A stretch of 64,000 nt of DNA from Felis catus (Eukaryota), in assembly GCF_018350175.1 (NCBI RefSeq), contig NC_058383.1:1736001-1800000 (forward strand), read 5' to 3'. This document shows positions 36,907-50,050 of this stretch, one piece after another. Both the position numbers and the translations under genes were made by a program. The notes below the pieces were generated by a model. It did not search any database and was not told where the DNA came from. It was given only the letters and a program-made list of their open reading frames with translations. The stretch's first letter is position 1. Every line of letters begins with the position of its first letter.

Positions 36907-36991
<85 letters not shown>
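36720..36991 (+). mobile_element. CanSINE whose tail expanded into a (GAAA)n(GCAA)n microsatellite
   Basis: ggggcacctgcgcggctcagtcggttaggcgtccgactttggctcaggtcatgatctc; GAAA run ~36906-36960, GCAA run 36961-36991. Confidence 0.95.
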
Positions 36992-36992
<1 letters not shown>

Positions 36993-37770
36993 GCAAAAAC
37001 AAAGAGAAACTGCCTGTCCCAATGGTGAAATGCCTTCCAGGGAACCAGGATGTTCCGGAAGGAACAGGGCAGAGGACACATGACCCTGCAGAGTCAGCAC
37101 TGGGCGAGCAGCTGAGCGTATCCCCAGCCCTTGCCCTTGGCCAAGGGACTCGCTCCATACTCAGGGCTGCTGGCCCTTCAGGCTTCGTCCGCGCTCAAGC
37201 GTTTCGGACACGGAAGTACAAGTCACACTCATCTTCAAGGCATCACAGGGGGCGCACTCCACAGAGGCTTGTCCAGGACCATCGATAGCCCGGAGGCACC
37301 GGCCGTTCTCAAACGCATGGACCAGCATGAGCCTGACCTCGCGGGGCCGTGCGCCGATGGGGCACAGAAACCATGTGGCTCATGTCAACCGAGAAAATGT
37401 GGCGTGAAAGGTCGTTGTCGCTGCCTGTCACGCTGGAGCTGAGATGAGAAGAGAGAGCCCTGATGTCATGGAGCAGCCGCCGTGGGGAAGCAGCGAGGGA
37501 AAAGGCGGGTGCTCTCCAACCTACCAGGTCAGACGTGTGCGGGGTGCTGCTGGAGCGCCCCACCCCCGCAAAGGAGAGCGTGGGGCAAAGGGGCGGGAGT
37601 CCACGCACACAACTCAGTCCCCGCAACAGGCACATGACTGTCAGGGAGCCAACACCCAGGTGTGTCACTGCCTCGCACGCAGGGCAGGGTTCGGGGGCCG
37701 AGGGCACAGCTCTGGGAGATGGGAAGTACAGACCCCCTCCCCATGTAGGCGTCCATTCAGCAGGAAAGAA

Positions 37771-37815
37771 GGGGAGGGGAGGGGAGGGGAGGGGAGGGGA
37801 GGGGAGGGGAGAGGA
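37771..37815 (+). repeat. (GGGGA)n pentanucleotide repeat
   Basis: ggggaggggaggggag... about 8 copies. Confidence 0.95.
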
Positions 37816-39699
37816 GAGGACAGGTTGGGGACAAGGAGTCAGGACAGACACACTTCTGCATATAAACCCCACGGAGACAGAGCAACGGTGAGCCACACAC
37901 TCAAGGGGCCAGCCCTGGGGCGGGGATCCTGGCCTCGCAGGACAGAGGGCGAAGGATAGCGAGGCCCTCAGGCACCAAGAAGGGCCGGCCTCCCAGAGGA
38001 GCGCGCTTTCCTGACGTTTCCACAAATCCTGGCCAAAGTTCCCCAAGTGAGTTGTTCAAGTCAGCTGCCGGCAGACTGCCCCGCCCCGCCCCCACAAGCA
38101 GAAAGGCAGAGAGGGACCCCACATGCGCAACGAGCCCGCGGCCCGACGCGAGACACTAGTGCCCGCCGGCTGACCCTTCTCGTCGGGCTGTCCTCTCCGG
38201 TCCACCTCAGCCTTTCTTGGGAAGCAAAGGAGAATACTCATAAAACATTAAACCACTACCTTCCAAGCTGAAGTTGAACTCTGGGGTCACTGGCATTTCC
38301 GCGAGCCTCTGGGGGTTCAAAATGAAGTGCTTAGTGCTTGAAGGAGAAGTGGACATGCCTATCGATCAATGCCTTCCCGAGCGGGCGTCTGCCGAGGGAG
38401 ACGAGGTCTCAGCTTCTGAGAACCGTCTCCGTGTTGCGGCCCCTCCCGTCACCCTCACCTGAGGACGCCTACTTTCAAGGAACAGAGGACCCGGCTCACT
38501 CTGAAGCGGCAGGAGACGTTTTAATGACCTTCTCGGAGACGACCTCGGATGCCGGCTCCGGCCCCACACGACCCCTGCAGCCGCGCCTCCGCGGCCGGTG
38601 CTCTCCCGACCACGCGCCTCTGGGAAGGACCCGGACGGGGTGATGCTGTCCATCCAGGAGGGACGACCATTCCCTATGCAGCGTCGCGCCCGTTGTGGGC
38701 CCAGGAACACGGGAGGGCGCAAACACGCCAAAAGCCGTCGCCAGACCCAAGCTCAAAACAAACCTTTAAGCAGCGCACTTGGACCGGCGTTCGCAGGCAG
38801 GCGCGCGATTACGTGCCCGAGAGCATGCAGTGCAGCACGAGCTAGCCTGCTGGGGGTGAACTAGGACGGCAGGCGCACGCTGGTCTCTAGCAAGTACACT
38901 TTTGTGCAAAGCTAAGAAAACGTTAACAAGATTTTATTCACGATTTTGCAAAATCTCTAAAGCATCCTCTTCCTTCAAGCTCCAAGGAGCGCAGATCAAA
39001 CCACTAACACATATGCTCTCTAAGCTTCTCCAGTTTACAGACCGTAAATCCGGGCCCTGAGCGGCTCACTGCACGAGGCCCCGTGCACCCCACGGGGCCG
39101 CAGCTCGGGCCAAACCGCCATCCAGCAAGTGAGCCCGTTTTCTGTCTGGGGCATTCGGGCACCCATGCCGAGCCAGGATGGACGGGCACACACAGGCCTG
39201 GCCCCAGAGTGCACAGGGCCTGGCGGGGGCTGCAGACACACCAGGGGGAGGCGGCCAAGGTCTTGGTTCCACCGAGGCTCAGCAGGGAATGTTGAGAGGC
39301 CGAACATTCTAGAAGCTGGCTCATCCAGCAGAAGACAGGGACGGGCTGTGGGAAGGAGCACCGCGCACGTTCACGAATGCCCCCGCAGAACCGCCCCACA
39401 GGAGAGCGCCCCAAGCCCTGCGCACCCTTGGTGCAGCCGCGCCTGTGGGGACCTGGCAGGGGGCTGCGCGGCAGCTCGGGAGGGCGACGATGAACTCACA
39501 GAGGTGCACGGGTACCGGCTGCAGAAACTCTCCCAGAGGCAACCGTGGGCCAGAGGCCCGGAAGCCAGCACAGAGCACCGCCCACTGCCGGCCCCAGTGC
39601 ACTCGCCGGGGCGGGACGCTAACGGGGGCTTCCGAGAGAGACGCAGAGATGTGGCCCCGGAGTCCCCCGGCTGGAGAGATGCAGTAAGCCCGGTATGAC

Positions 39700-39835
39700 C
39701 CCATTCGGCGTCTGACTGGTCGGGAGCTCCAAGCCTGACCTCCCGTTTCCCGACAGATAAGAAGGAAGCCACTGATCTCTGCCCTGCCTCACAGGCCACA
39801 GGGAATCTAATGAGACACATGTGCGAAGTGCAAAG
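39700..39835 (+). mobile_element. MIR fragment
   Basis: cctcccgtttcccgacagataagaagg...ctgccctgcctcacaggccacagggaatctaatgagacacatgtgcgaagtgc. Confidence 0.6.
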
Positions 39836-42800
39836 CAAGTGTGAACTTCCCTGCCATGTCCCTGCCTTCACAGGGGCGGGGGCGCTTGGGAGCACCTGCC
39901 CCCCGCGTTCAGCTGGGGCGGAGAAGCAGGGGTGCGGCCTTGCAGGTCCCTGGGAGACCTCCTCCGCAGACCCCTGGCTGAGACGCACACCATGTTACCC
40001 CACGTGGGACGAGAGGCAAGAGCAGAGGAGGTGGCAGCCAGGGTCTCCGCAGAAGTGGGAACTCCGGGACCTGTCTCCTGAGCGGACAGGCTACCCGGCA
40101 TGCCACGGGCCCAGCACGCACGCCTGGTCTTTGCCGGACCTCGAGAATCAGAGACGGAAGGGTGCTGCCACAGTCGGGCCCCTGTGCCCCTGGTGAGTGG
40201 GCAGGGGTCGCACAGCTGGGGCGTGGCGAGCCAGCCGGGCTCCTACTCAGACCCGGAGCCCCGTCTGCACGTGGGCGCCCTCCCACCACGCGGCCGTGGC
40301 CAGCCCTGACCGGCACAGCAAGGGCAGGACTTGGGGACGGAAATGCAACCACAGGCCCCAGCGGTCGTGCCACGTGCAGGGGAGAAGGCAGGGAGCAGAC
40401 GACAGAGTCTGCCGGTCCTGCTCAGACTCACCGAGGGGGCTGCCTCGGCGAGGCGGCGGTGAGCCTCCGCCCGGCGCGCCTCAATGCCCGGGCCGGGCAC
40501 GCACGCGGCTGGCTGTGTGTGCCATCAAATTCCTATCCTAAGTGTCTCCAAGCGTCATACACGTTTCTCTGAAAAATAAAAAGAAACCAAACAGCAGAAA
40601 GGAAACCAGAGAACAACGAAAGCAAAGGCCGTCGCGGAGCCGCTCCGAGGAGCCACGGACGAGCAGGCCAGGGGCTGCGGCCCAGCCTCCAGCCCTTCCC
40701 AGGGCGCCGCTCGCACGAGCCTGCCGCTCCTGGCGTCTCGTCCAGTCGGAGTCCCCAACCGAGCGAGCTTCCGTGCGTCCCACGTGGAGGCCACGCCGGG
40801 AACACTCGACTGACCCGGAGACGCGAGAAGGAAAATTGCCCTTGCGGTTTCAGTTCGATCCCAACCACAGTGAGCGAGGTGACGGAGCCCATCGGCTGCC
40901 GACGTGTAAACGCACAGGAAAGGGCTGCCCCCAGTTCACGGGGGTGGGGAGGCCAAGCGAGGCGAGCTCCGCGTCCCCCAGGGCCAGGGTGCCAGGCACA
41001 CGGCGGAACGAGCTCACCACCCACCCCGGTGCCCCGCGCCCTGGAGCCCCAGCTGGCACGGCCACAGGCCCGAGGAGAACGATGGGGGACAGATAATTAG
41101 AGCAAGCCGACGGTCGGGCAGCACGGGGCTGCATCCCAAGTGCCACAGAGACGCCTGGCTCTGGCCTCTCCGGCCTGGGGAAGGCTTCCACGTGCGCGAG
41201 GTCACCCCGGCCCCAGCGTCCCCGAGGACGAGGGCCCGTGCACAGTGCCCGGAGACGCAGGAGTCCCACAGCGAGCAGGCCGGGGGGCCGGGCCTCATCC
41301 CTGCTCCTACCCCCGTGCTCAACTACCATCCACACCTGCCTCTGGAAAATCAGGCTTTGTCACAACACAGCCACACCTGCTCACCCACGTGGTGTCTGTG
41401 GCCCAAACGGGCAGAGGGAGCCGTTCACTGACTGTCTGGCCCTCTGCAGACACCGGTGGCCACTCACTGCCCTGGATTTATGGTTTGGAAAGCACGAGGC
41501 TGTAGGTGAGCAGCGATGAAGGCCGCCCCCGAGGCGCTCCCCACCAGCGCAGCTGCTGGCCCGGCTGGCCCCAAGCTCCGTGCGTGCTGCGCTCCTTCCT
41601 GCAGAGACGACCCCCGGGGCATCCCCTCACTCATCACTGGGCACCCGCTCACTCGCTTCCACACCTTCCTGTAAGACCCCCAAACTCCCTCCTCCGAAAA
41701 GGACCCGAGCGGCTCCAGTCCAAAGCCACGGCCACCGTGCCCCGCCGTGTGAGGGCGACCGCTCCAGATGTGTCCAGGGCAGCTCTGACGTCGGGCTACG
41801 TGGGCACGAGGTCCCACCTTCCCAGGGGCTCTGTGTGCCCCCGCCTCCCCGGGGACTGACGCTGGGGAAGGCAGGAAGCCTGGCGGGGGAGAGTGCGGCC
41901 ACCCTGGGAGGGGCTCCCGCCGGCCTCCTCTGGGTCTGTGGGGGCCGGAGGCCAATAGAGGCCCAGCCGAGGCGGGACGGGAGGCGGGGGACGAGCCGGC
42001 AGACTCTCGCCCACCTCCCTCCCCGGCGTCGGCCAGCAGCCCCCCGGCAGCTCCGAAGCCGAGGCTCCCGACGAGCCGGCGATCGATAGCCACGCGCCCA
42101 GGAGCGGAGCGGCCGCCTTCCAGCTGCCCGGCAGTGCCTGATTAATAAAGCCCATCCTGCCCGTTTGCTTTCCCATCGATTTTGCTGTCCTCGACCCAAA
42201 GCACAAGTCAATACCCAGTTAGGTGTGGCACCCTCGGGGGGGGGGGGGGGGGCGCTGTCTCCCCACCGGGCAGGAGCTCCCCCGTCAAGGATGAAGGGCC
42301 CGGGGGCCGCACGCGGGCACGCCCGGTGACACCCAGGTGCCCGAGACCGACAAGCTCTCTGAGGGCCGGCGCCCCACTAATAAACATCTCCGCATTTCCC
42401 ATGCCAAACAACAGAAACGAGAAGAGAAAACGAGCTTTTACAACATCATTACTTTCTCTTCCACGATTTCTTCGCGGAGCCAGGACAGGGAAGCGTCTGC
42501 CCGGCTGTCTCCGTGTCAACACAGCAGCTCACTTGTTAATCTACCTCCTCCCCACCCCAGGCTCCAGGGCCCGGGGAGCTGACACTTGAGAAATGCCAGC
42601 TCTAAGCAGTTTATTTCCTCCTGAACTTTAACAACTAAGACAGAGATGACCTTTAGAAGGAAGGGCCAGTGCCTGTCGGACCCGTGGGAGCACGGCCCCG
42701 CCCCACCGCGGGAGGGGTGCTGGGCGGGGCGGAAGGGCCCCCAGGGCAGGCCGGCGTGGGGTCCCCAGGCGCGCCCGGACGACCACCCGCATCGGGGCTC

Positions 42801-43664
42801 CGGAGCGTGCCAGCACAGGACTGGGGGCCACGGAAGCCCGTCCTCGTTGGGGTCTTCAGACAGGAACCCACTCGCCGACACACAGGCCTTTCCAAACTTC
42901 CGGGTGATCACTGTGGGTCACCTTGCAGCCGGCCCGCCCCAGGCGGGTCTGAAGGAACGGTGCCGGCGAGGGCGGCGGGGTAACGGGGCAGTGTGCTGGG
43001 CACTCAGCAGTAATCCCGACACCGGACGAGACGACTTGAGAGCAAAAGTCTGGAAGTGTCTGAACAGAGCGTAGAAAAATAAAGGCCCGCTGCAATTACA
43101 AACACTTTTTCTTTTCTCAAATTCCAGCAGAACAGGAGCCAGGCCGACCATGAGGACGGACAGTCACCGCAGTTCTCGGGGCGGGGGCCGGGGGTGGGGG
43201 AGGTTCGCCCACAACACCCAGAGGGCAGGGGCGACACCCAGGGAGCCCGTCGTCAGGGCACAGTAGAGAGGCCAGTCTCCAGGGCCACAGCGAGGGGCGC
43301 CCAGGGGTGGGGATGCTGCTGCTCACTCCTGCCGTGCAGTGGGCAGTTCACCTCACACCCCCACACCAGGCCACCGAGAGCGCCATCAGGGCAGGAAGGA
43401 AGGAGCCGGCAAACAGGGACCGAGGGCGTGACCTCGAGCAGGGGACCTGCCTGACGTGGCCCCGAGGTCCCAGCACGTGGTCTTGTCTCCCCCCCGCACG
43501 GAGCCCACACCAGAAGCCCCAAACGCCCTGGCCAATGACCGGCCACACGCAGGGGGTCCCCACCCACCCCACTTCCACAGAAGGGGAGCGTCTTCCCAGC
43601 AAGCCTCACTCGCTTTCTCAGGCATTCACATTACAAAACCATCTGTTGAATAACTGACTCGCTT

Positions 43665-44200
43665 CTCATTGGGATAAAATTCACCATTTTAACCACGTTA
43701 AACTGAACAATTCAGTGGTTTTCAGTATATTGACGACAGGGCCCAAACAGAACACGAATTCGAAAAGACTCTTCACCCCAAACGGAAGTCCCACTCCCCA
43801 CAGCACCCACTAATCTCCTACGCGTGTGAGGATTCACCGGGTGTGGACGGTCCGCGTTCGGGGACCCCGACAGGGCGGGACCGTCTCTGCCTCTCCTGTC
43901 TCCACGTGAGCACCACGTGTCCGAGGTCCGTCCCGTCTGTCCGTACCAGGTGCGTCCGTGCCTCGCCCCCGAGCGATGCCGCACCGGCGGCTTACTGTGC
44001 TATCTGTCTTCGGCCCGCTCCCCAGCTTCCGTGAGCAGTAATGCTTAGCGTCTCCAATCCCCTGGGCGCACACCTAGGGCGGCCACGCTGGACGGACAGG
44101 ACGCCACTTTCACCCCTCCGAGGACTCGGGCGACCGAGTCCCGCCACACCGCAGCGTCTCGCCGTGCCCTCTGTGCGGGCTCGGTTTCCCCACAGCCTCC
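43665..44200 (-). mobile_element. L1MB-type 3' end, antisense
   Basis: ataaaattcaccattttaaccacgttaaactgaacaattcagtggttttcagtatattgac. Confidence 0.75.
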
Positions 44201-44419
44201 ACCGACGCTTGTTAGTGTTCGTTATTATTATTACTTTTTTACGTTAATACCACAAGGACCCTGCGTGCAACGGTACATGACCGGTTTACTGTTACAAACG
44301 CTATACCGTCGTCTTCCTCGCCATCCCGGCGGGGGGAAGCGGGTTCTCACTGCTGTTTCAGTGCTCTTCACGAGACTGCTAGACGTTCGTACAAATGTCT
44401 ACGTAAGTCCTTCGCCATT

Positions 44420-46140
44420 TGTTTTTGCGGCAAAATACACACGACATAAAATTTTAACCATTTCTAAGTGAACAGCTCAGGGGCACCGAGCACATTCACG
44501 CTACTGTGCAGCCGTTCTCACCATCTGTTTCCAGAAGGTTCTGTCTCTCCACACTGAGACTCTGTCCCCATTACTCACGGACCCCTGGCCCCACTGTGCC
44601 CAAGGGTTTGATGACGTGACCCCCGGGACCTCATACTAATGGAACCACACGGTGTCTGCTCCTTCTGGTCTGGCTCATCCCACAGGGCATCCACCCCGTG
44701 GCCTGTACCAGAATCCCCTTCCTTTTCAAGGCTGAATGATATTCCCAAGCCCAGAGGCAGCCCTTTATTTCAGTCCATCTACCTGCTGAAGGACGCGTGG
44801 GCCGCTTCCTGCCTCTACCCGCCCTGAACGCTGCTGCTCTGTTCCAGGCACACCGTCTTCCACGCCGCCCGCACCACATTACACCGACGGTTCCGGCCCC
44901 CGTACCTCCTTCGCCAACCCCTGCCGTTCTCCGGGTAACTGACCGCCGCTGTCCTCGCCTCCGTTCCCCTAGAGATTAGCGATGCACCTTCCCACATCCC
45001 TTTGTGTCGTCTCTGCAGGAATGTCTATTCAGGCCCCTGTCCGTTTTCAAGCTCAGTTGCCCGTCTTTTGGGTGTTGAGCTGTGAGAATTCCTGATGCCT
45101 CCCGGGTGCCAGATCCTCACCAGATACGTGATTTGCAAATATCTGCTCCCATTCTGAGCGCTGACTTTTCACTTCCTTAACAGTATCCTTTGATGCATTT
45201 ACATCGTTAGTTTCAACAAAGCACTGTGTGCTTCTGGCATCTTCTTTAAGAAGCCCCTCCGGAGTTCAAGGTCACAAAGACTTAGGACAGTAATGCTTCT
45301 TCCGAGAGTTTATGGTTTCGGCTCCTGCATTCACAGCCGTGACCCGCCAGAACTGCCATCTGTGTGCGCGTGAAGTCTGAGCCCCGTGAGATGAGTTACG
45401 GAGGGATTCTTCCCCTCGTATGTTTGGGAACGCTTTGAGAAAGATCGGTGTGAGTTCCCTCTTGAAACGTAAGGCAGAATTCACCCGTGAGGCCACGTGG
45501 TTCCAGGACTTTCTCTGCTGGAAGTACTCTGGCTGCTGACTACGTCTATTTGTAGTTTCCACTCCTTTTCCGTCAGTTCCGGCACTTCGTGATCCTCTAG
45601 GACCTTGTCCGTTTCATCGAGTTTGAATAATGTGCTGGCGGATGACAGATACCTCACCGCATTCTCTGGTGGTCCCTTCCGGCTCCGTGAAGCCTGTAAG
45701 GATGTCCCCAACCCTCTCTCTCCTGGTTTTCCTGAGACTTCACGCACGTGTGCTCCATTGGTCCAGCTCAAAGTTTGTCCATTTTCTTCTTCTGCTCAAA
45801 TGACGTTTTGTTGTTTTCTTCGGTTCTCTATTTATTTCATCAGTGATTTTACCACGTCCTTCCTTCCGCGGGCCATGGGTTTTCTCCCTCGGAGCACTGT
45901 TCACGCTGCCTCCTGGCCGCGCTCTGCACCACGTGTGCGCCCAGTTAGCCACACGGCTGCTCTCACTTCCCGTGTCTCTTCTTCCACTCCCGGGTATCAA
46001 TGTGTGGTCTGCTGTCCACCCGTTTGTGACTTTTCTAAATTCCCCCGTCAATGACTTCTAATAATCCACTCCACTGCGGTAGGAGAACACGCTCTGTGAG
46101 ACTCTGACCCTCTTAAATGAGACGCGCTTGGTGACGTAAC
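44420..46140 (-). mobile_element. L1MB-type element (3' end plus deleted ORF2), antisense
   Basis: gcggcaaaatacacacgacataaaattttaaccatttctaagtgaacagctcagggg; ccttccttttcaaggctgaatgatattcc; gtgatttgcaaatatctgctcccattctg. Confidence 0.85.
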
Positions 46141-46169
46141 TTGTGATCCGCCCCACAGACACCGGTGAG

Positions 46170-46320
46170 GAGCGTCAGAGACGCCTCCGTGCCTCAATTT
46201 CCCGACCTACCAACAGGGCAGCCATCCCCACCTCGAGCCTCTTACACAAATCTGAGGAGAGGAAGCATTCGAGGGGAGTCTCAGGGGCAGCGGTGGGCAC
46301 TCAGATAAGCCCACAAGGCA
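46170..46320 (+). mobile_element. MIR fragment
   Basis: cctccgtgcctcaatttcccgacctacc...ggcactcagataagccc. Confidence 0.55.
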
Positions 46321-47863
46321 CCAGTAAGGAGTCTGTCCTCACACGCACGTGGCTCGTCACTGAGAGATACTCCCCAGACTGATGCCAGGGTGACACCGTG
46401 ATCTGCCAGAGAAGTCAGACAGAACCTCACTGGCGGGGGCGCGAAAGACGCAGGAGCCCAGGCAGGAGCCCGCGCTCGTGTGCTCATGCGCCCACGGACA
46501 GAGGGCAGGGCTCCCGCGCTTCTGGGACCACGGTGCGGGTGCCATCCTCGCTCGCCCCGTGTCCCACAGACCCTGACAGGGGGCCCCCGCGGGGAAGGCT
46601 CCCTCCCGAGGGGCCCCCTCCCGCATACACACCACCGGTGCCTTTCAGATGAGAGGGGCTCAGCAATCCCAAGGGCACGGGCGCCCAGCGAGCGGAGGAA
46701 GCAGGCGGGCAACAAAGAGAAGTGCTTTCCTTTACACAATTCCTTCACAGGAAATGGATCTCAAAGTGGCCATCTGCCTACTAGATTAGCATCCCAAAGC
46801 CACACAAGCACACAAGGAGGAGCGGCTGAGCCGAACTTCTTGAGGTAGAAAGGTCCCATTCACATGATAATAGCGGGAAGTGCTCAAGAAGCAGTTTGGG
46901 GAAGAAGCGCCCCCCGCAGCGCAAGGCAGGGCAGGCCACAGGGCAAGGACTGTGGGTGCCGGACGGCACCCGCCCCTCTCGGGCCCTCCTCCGGGGCCCA
47001 CCCAGACCAGTCCCTGAGGACAGAAGGTGGGGGCACCCTCGCCCGGTGACCACCTGCCTGGGGGGGATGGGGAAGTGACCTGCCGCAGCCTCGCGTCCAG
47101 GGCCTCTCCCTTCCTCGTGGGCCCTGCAGCTCTCCCCTCAGAGCCGCGTCCCAGGAAGGACTCTGACCAGCCCGGCCCTAGCCCAGCCCCGGCCCGGCGG
47201 AGCGAGACCCGGCGCCCACGTCCCCACGGCACCTCGGCAGGCCATGCGGCGGGTCCCCCCCTCCACCCCCCCCAGCCGGGGAGCTGCGGGGGGGGCGAGG
47301 TCGTGCGAGGCCCCCAACGCCTCGGAGGCGGCCTGCGAGACATTCTGAAGGAATGAAGGGCAGATGTGGAGGCCAGGGCGCTCTGGGGCCGGGAGATGGG
47401 GGGGGGGGGGGGGGGGGGGGGGGCACGCGCCCGCCCCGCGTCCGCCCGCACAGGCCCAGGAAGCGCCAGGGCCAACCCAGCGGCAGAGGAGCTGCCAGGC
47501 CCAGAGCCCTCAGCACCGCGGTGTGGAACAGCCCGGAAAGGAGGAACAGCAGCCGGAACACCACGCTGGAGGCAAAGGGTGGCGTCGGCTCTCTGGGGCC
47601 CGGGTGAGCGCTCCTCCGCCTCGTGCGCGTGCCCGGGTGAGCCAGCGCCTCCGTCGTGTCCAGTTCGCCGCAGGTGCACCACCCCGGATCCATCGGGAAC
47701 GGCCCCAGGAGAAGGGAGTGGCTCCGGGGGACACCCTCCACTCAGCTTCCCGGTCCTGCCACGCCGGCAGGTGCCACAACAGCACCTGCCCCTGTTGCCC
47801 TCAGCAGCAGACGGATGGCCTGGCAGGGTGAGCAGACCAGAGGCAAAGGCATGTCCCTACATA

Positions 47864-47940
47864 ACGGCCCCACGTGACGGGCCCCCACAGGACGGGCCCC
47901 CACGTGACGGGCCCCACGTGACGGCGCCTTCGTGACGGCC
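47864..47940 (+). repeat. ~15-bp tandem repeat carrying three CACGTGAC E-boxes
   Basis: acggccccacgtg/acgggcccccacagg/acgggcccccacgtg/acgggccccacgtg/acggcgccttcgtg/acggcc. Confidence 0.9.
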
Positions 47941-48743
47941 TCCAAGGAAGAGAAATAAAGGAGCCTGCACCTCTCAAGCCTGCCCACCACCACGGGGAGA
48001 CACGGGGCCGCCGTGGTCCCCGGGCAGAGGCCGGCAGCTCTCTGGCCAGGGCCACCCCGGTCGCTCGCATGGGGACCAGGGGGTGCCGGGCACCAAGTGG
48101 CCGAGAGACACAGAGGGAGGGGAGGAGGGCTCCACCGTAGTTCGGCAGAGCCTTCAAGGACGGGCTGGGCGGGCAGAGGTGGGGAAGACGGGGGAGGAGT
48201 GCAGCACGGGCCTGAGAACGCCGTGCCCGTCAGGACGGAGCCAGATAGCTAAGCTGTGTCCTTGGTACCAACACACAACTGTCAGGAAAGGGTATTCTGT
48301 TCAGAAGCGAGCGTGTATTTTCAAGCCACTACGGTGAAGAGGAAGGTGACCACGACGGTGAGGACGGCAGCGACTGTCGGTGCCAGTGCCGCACTGGCTG
48401 ATGCGTACCCGAGGGCTCCCGCGGGCTCCCGGCGGTCCCGGCAGGGAGGCGCCAGCAGCTGCCCCATCGGAAAATAAAGACAACGAGCCTGGGAAGGCTA
48501 AGACTCGGACTCCGAATGGAGCAGAACCGAGACGGGCAATCAGGCGTGTCTGCGCCAACGCCCCCCGTCTCCCAGGCACGGTTCGGAGCAGGGAGTGGGC
48601 TTCCCGGGTCACGGGTTGGCTAGGACTGTCACGGTGTCGTACCAGATGGGAAAGGTTAGATGACGTGACGAAAGAAAACACCCCAATTAAAGCAACAAAA
48701 AAAGATGAAAGGAACAGTAAAAAATCCGTTTGAAGATAATCTT

Positions 48744-48939
48744 GTTTTTATATTTTATTTTACTTACTTATTTTAAGAGAGAGGGCACGAGCAGGCAAGG
48801 AGCAGAGAGAGGGAGAGACAGAGAGAATCCCAAGCAGGCTCCACACTGTCAGTGCGGAGCCTGATGTGCAGCTTGAACTCACGAACCCTGAGATCATGAC
48901 CTGAGCGGAAATCAACTGACTGAGCCACCCAGGCGCCCC
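48744..48939 (-). mobile_element. CanSINE, antisense
   Basis: T-rich tail on the left; ...ctgagatcatgacctgagc...ctgagccacccaggcgcccc on the right. Confidence 0.95.
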
Positions 48940-48957
48940 CGTTCAGAGATAACTTTA

Positions 48958-49176
48958 GGAGCGCCTGGGTGGCTCAGCCAGTTAAGCATTTGCCTTAGGC
49001 TCAGGTCATGATCTCAAGGCTCAGAGCCCCGTGTCGGGCTCTGTGTGACAGCTCAGAGCCTGGAGCCTGCTTCAGATTCTGTCTCTCCCTCTGTGTGCTG
49101 CTCCCTCTCCCCTCCTTGTGCTCTGTCTCTCTCTCTCTCTCTCTCAAAAATAAACATTTAAAAAATTAAAAAAAAA
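48958..49176 (+). mobile_element. CanSINE, sense, head-to-head with the previous SINE
   Basis: ggagcgcctgggtggctcagccagttaagc..., (CT)n, A tail; TSD agataacttta (48947-48957) / agataacctta (49177-49187). Confidence 0.95.
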
Positions 49177-49189
49177 AGATAACCTTAAA

Positions 49190-50050
49190 CGTTAAGCAAT
49201 TCTAAAGAAAACAAACCAACAGGCACGGTCTAGGACACAACATCGAAGAGTCACCATCATTAAGAGACCGACTTCCCTGAATCGGCCCATATTTAAGACA
49301 ATACCAATTAAAACTCCATTTATGTGAAACGAGACAAACCAAACTTGAAGTTCACGGGAAGATATGAATAAGGGACCGCCCACCCGGCATGCAGACGCCA
49401 CACGCGGCCACAGAAACTATAGCCAGGCCGTGCCATCCTCGTCAAAGTAAGGACACGGGACTGACAAGTCCGAACGGAGAGACCAGGACTGAGGAGAGGC
49501 TGGTTGTCCGCAGTTGTTCGGACAACTGGGAAGGGCTCTGGAGTGCGGTGCTCTGACCAGAGGGCAGCCTCGAGGGTCAGAGGTTGCAGACGTAGGACAG
49601 AACCATGGAAGGAGACTGGAGGAAAACAGAATGTCCTTTCCACGTTCGTTCAAACACAAAAACAAAACAGAAGCACTGAAAGAAAAGGCTGATGTACTCA
49701 ACTAGGTAACAATTAAAAATTAATGTCTGCAGAAAATTTTCATAAGCAAATAGAGGGAAAATGTCAAAGTGGGAAACCATATTTCCAGACAAAGGGCTGA
49801 TTTCCTCAAGCTATTAAAAGCTCCTCTAAAAATTAATTTTTAAAAAGACAGAAACACGGATAAAGGTTGTGAGCAAATAGGGAGAAAAGTACGTAAGTCA
49901 CATCTACATGGAGGGCGCTTCACACAGGAAGGCCGATCGGCCAGCAAGCGCGTGAGACGGTGCCCGTTGTCAGGAAGGCGCACGCGAGCACCGGGGGACG
50001 GGGGGAGGGGACTGGCGAGGAGGGGGCACGCGAGGGGCAAGCCGGCAACT
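49190..50050 (+). mobile_element. Decayed L1 ORF2 3' portion
   Basis: ttccctgaatcggcccatatttaagacaataccaattaaaactcc; gggaaaccatatttccagacaaagggctgatttcctcaagctattaaaagctcc. Confidence 0.7.
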
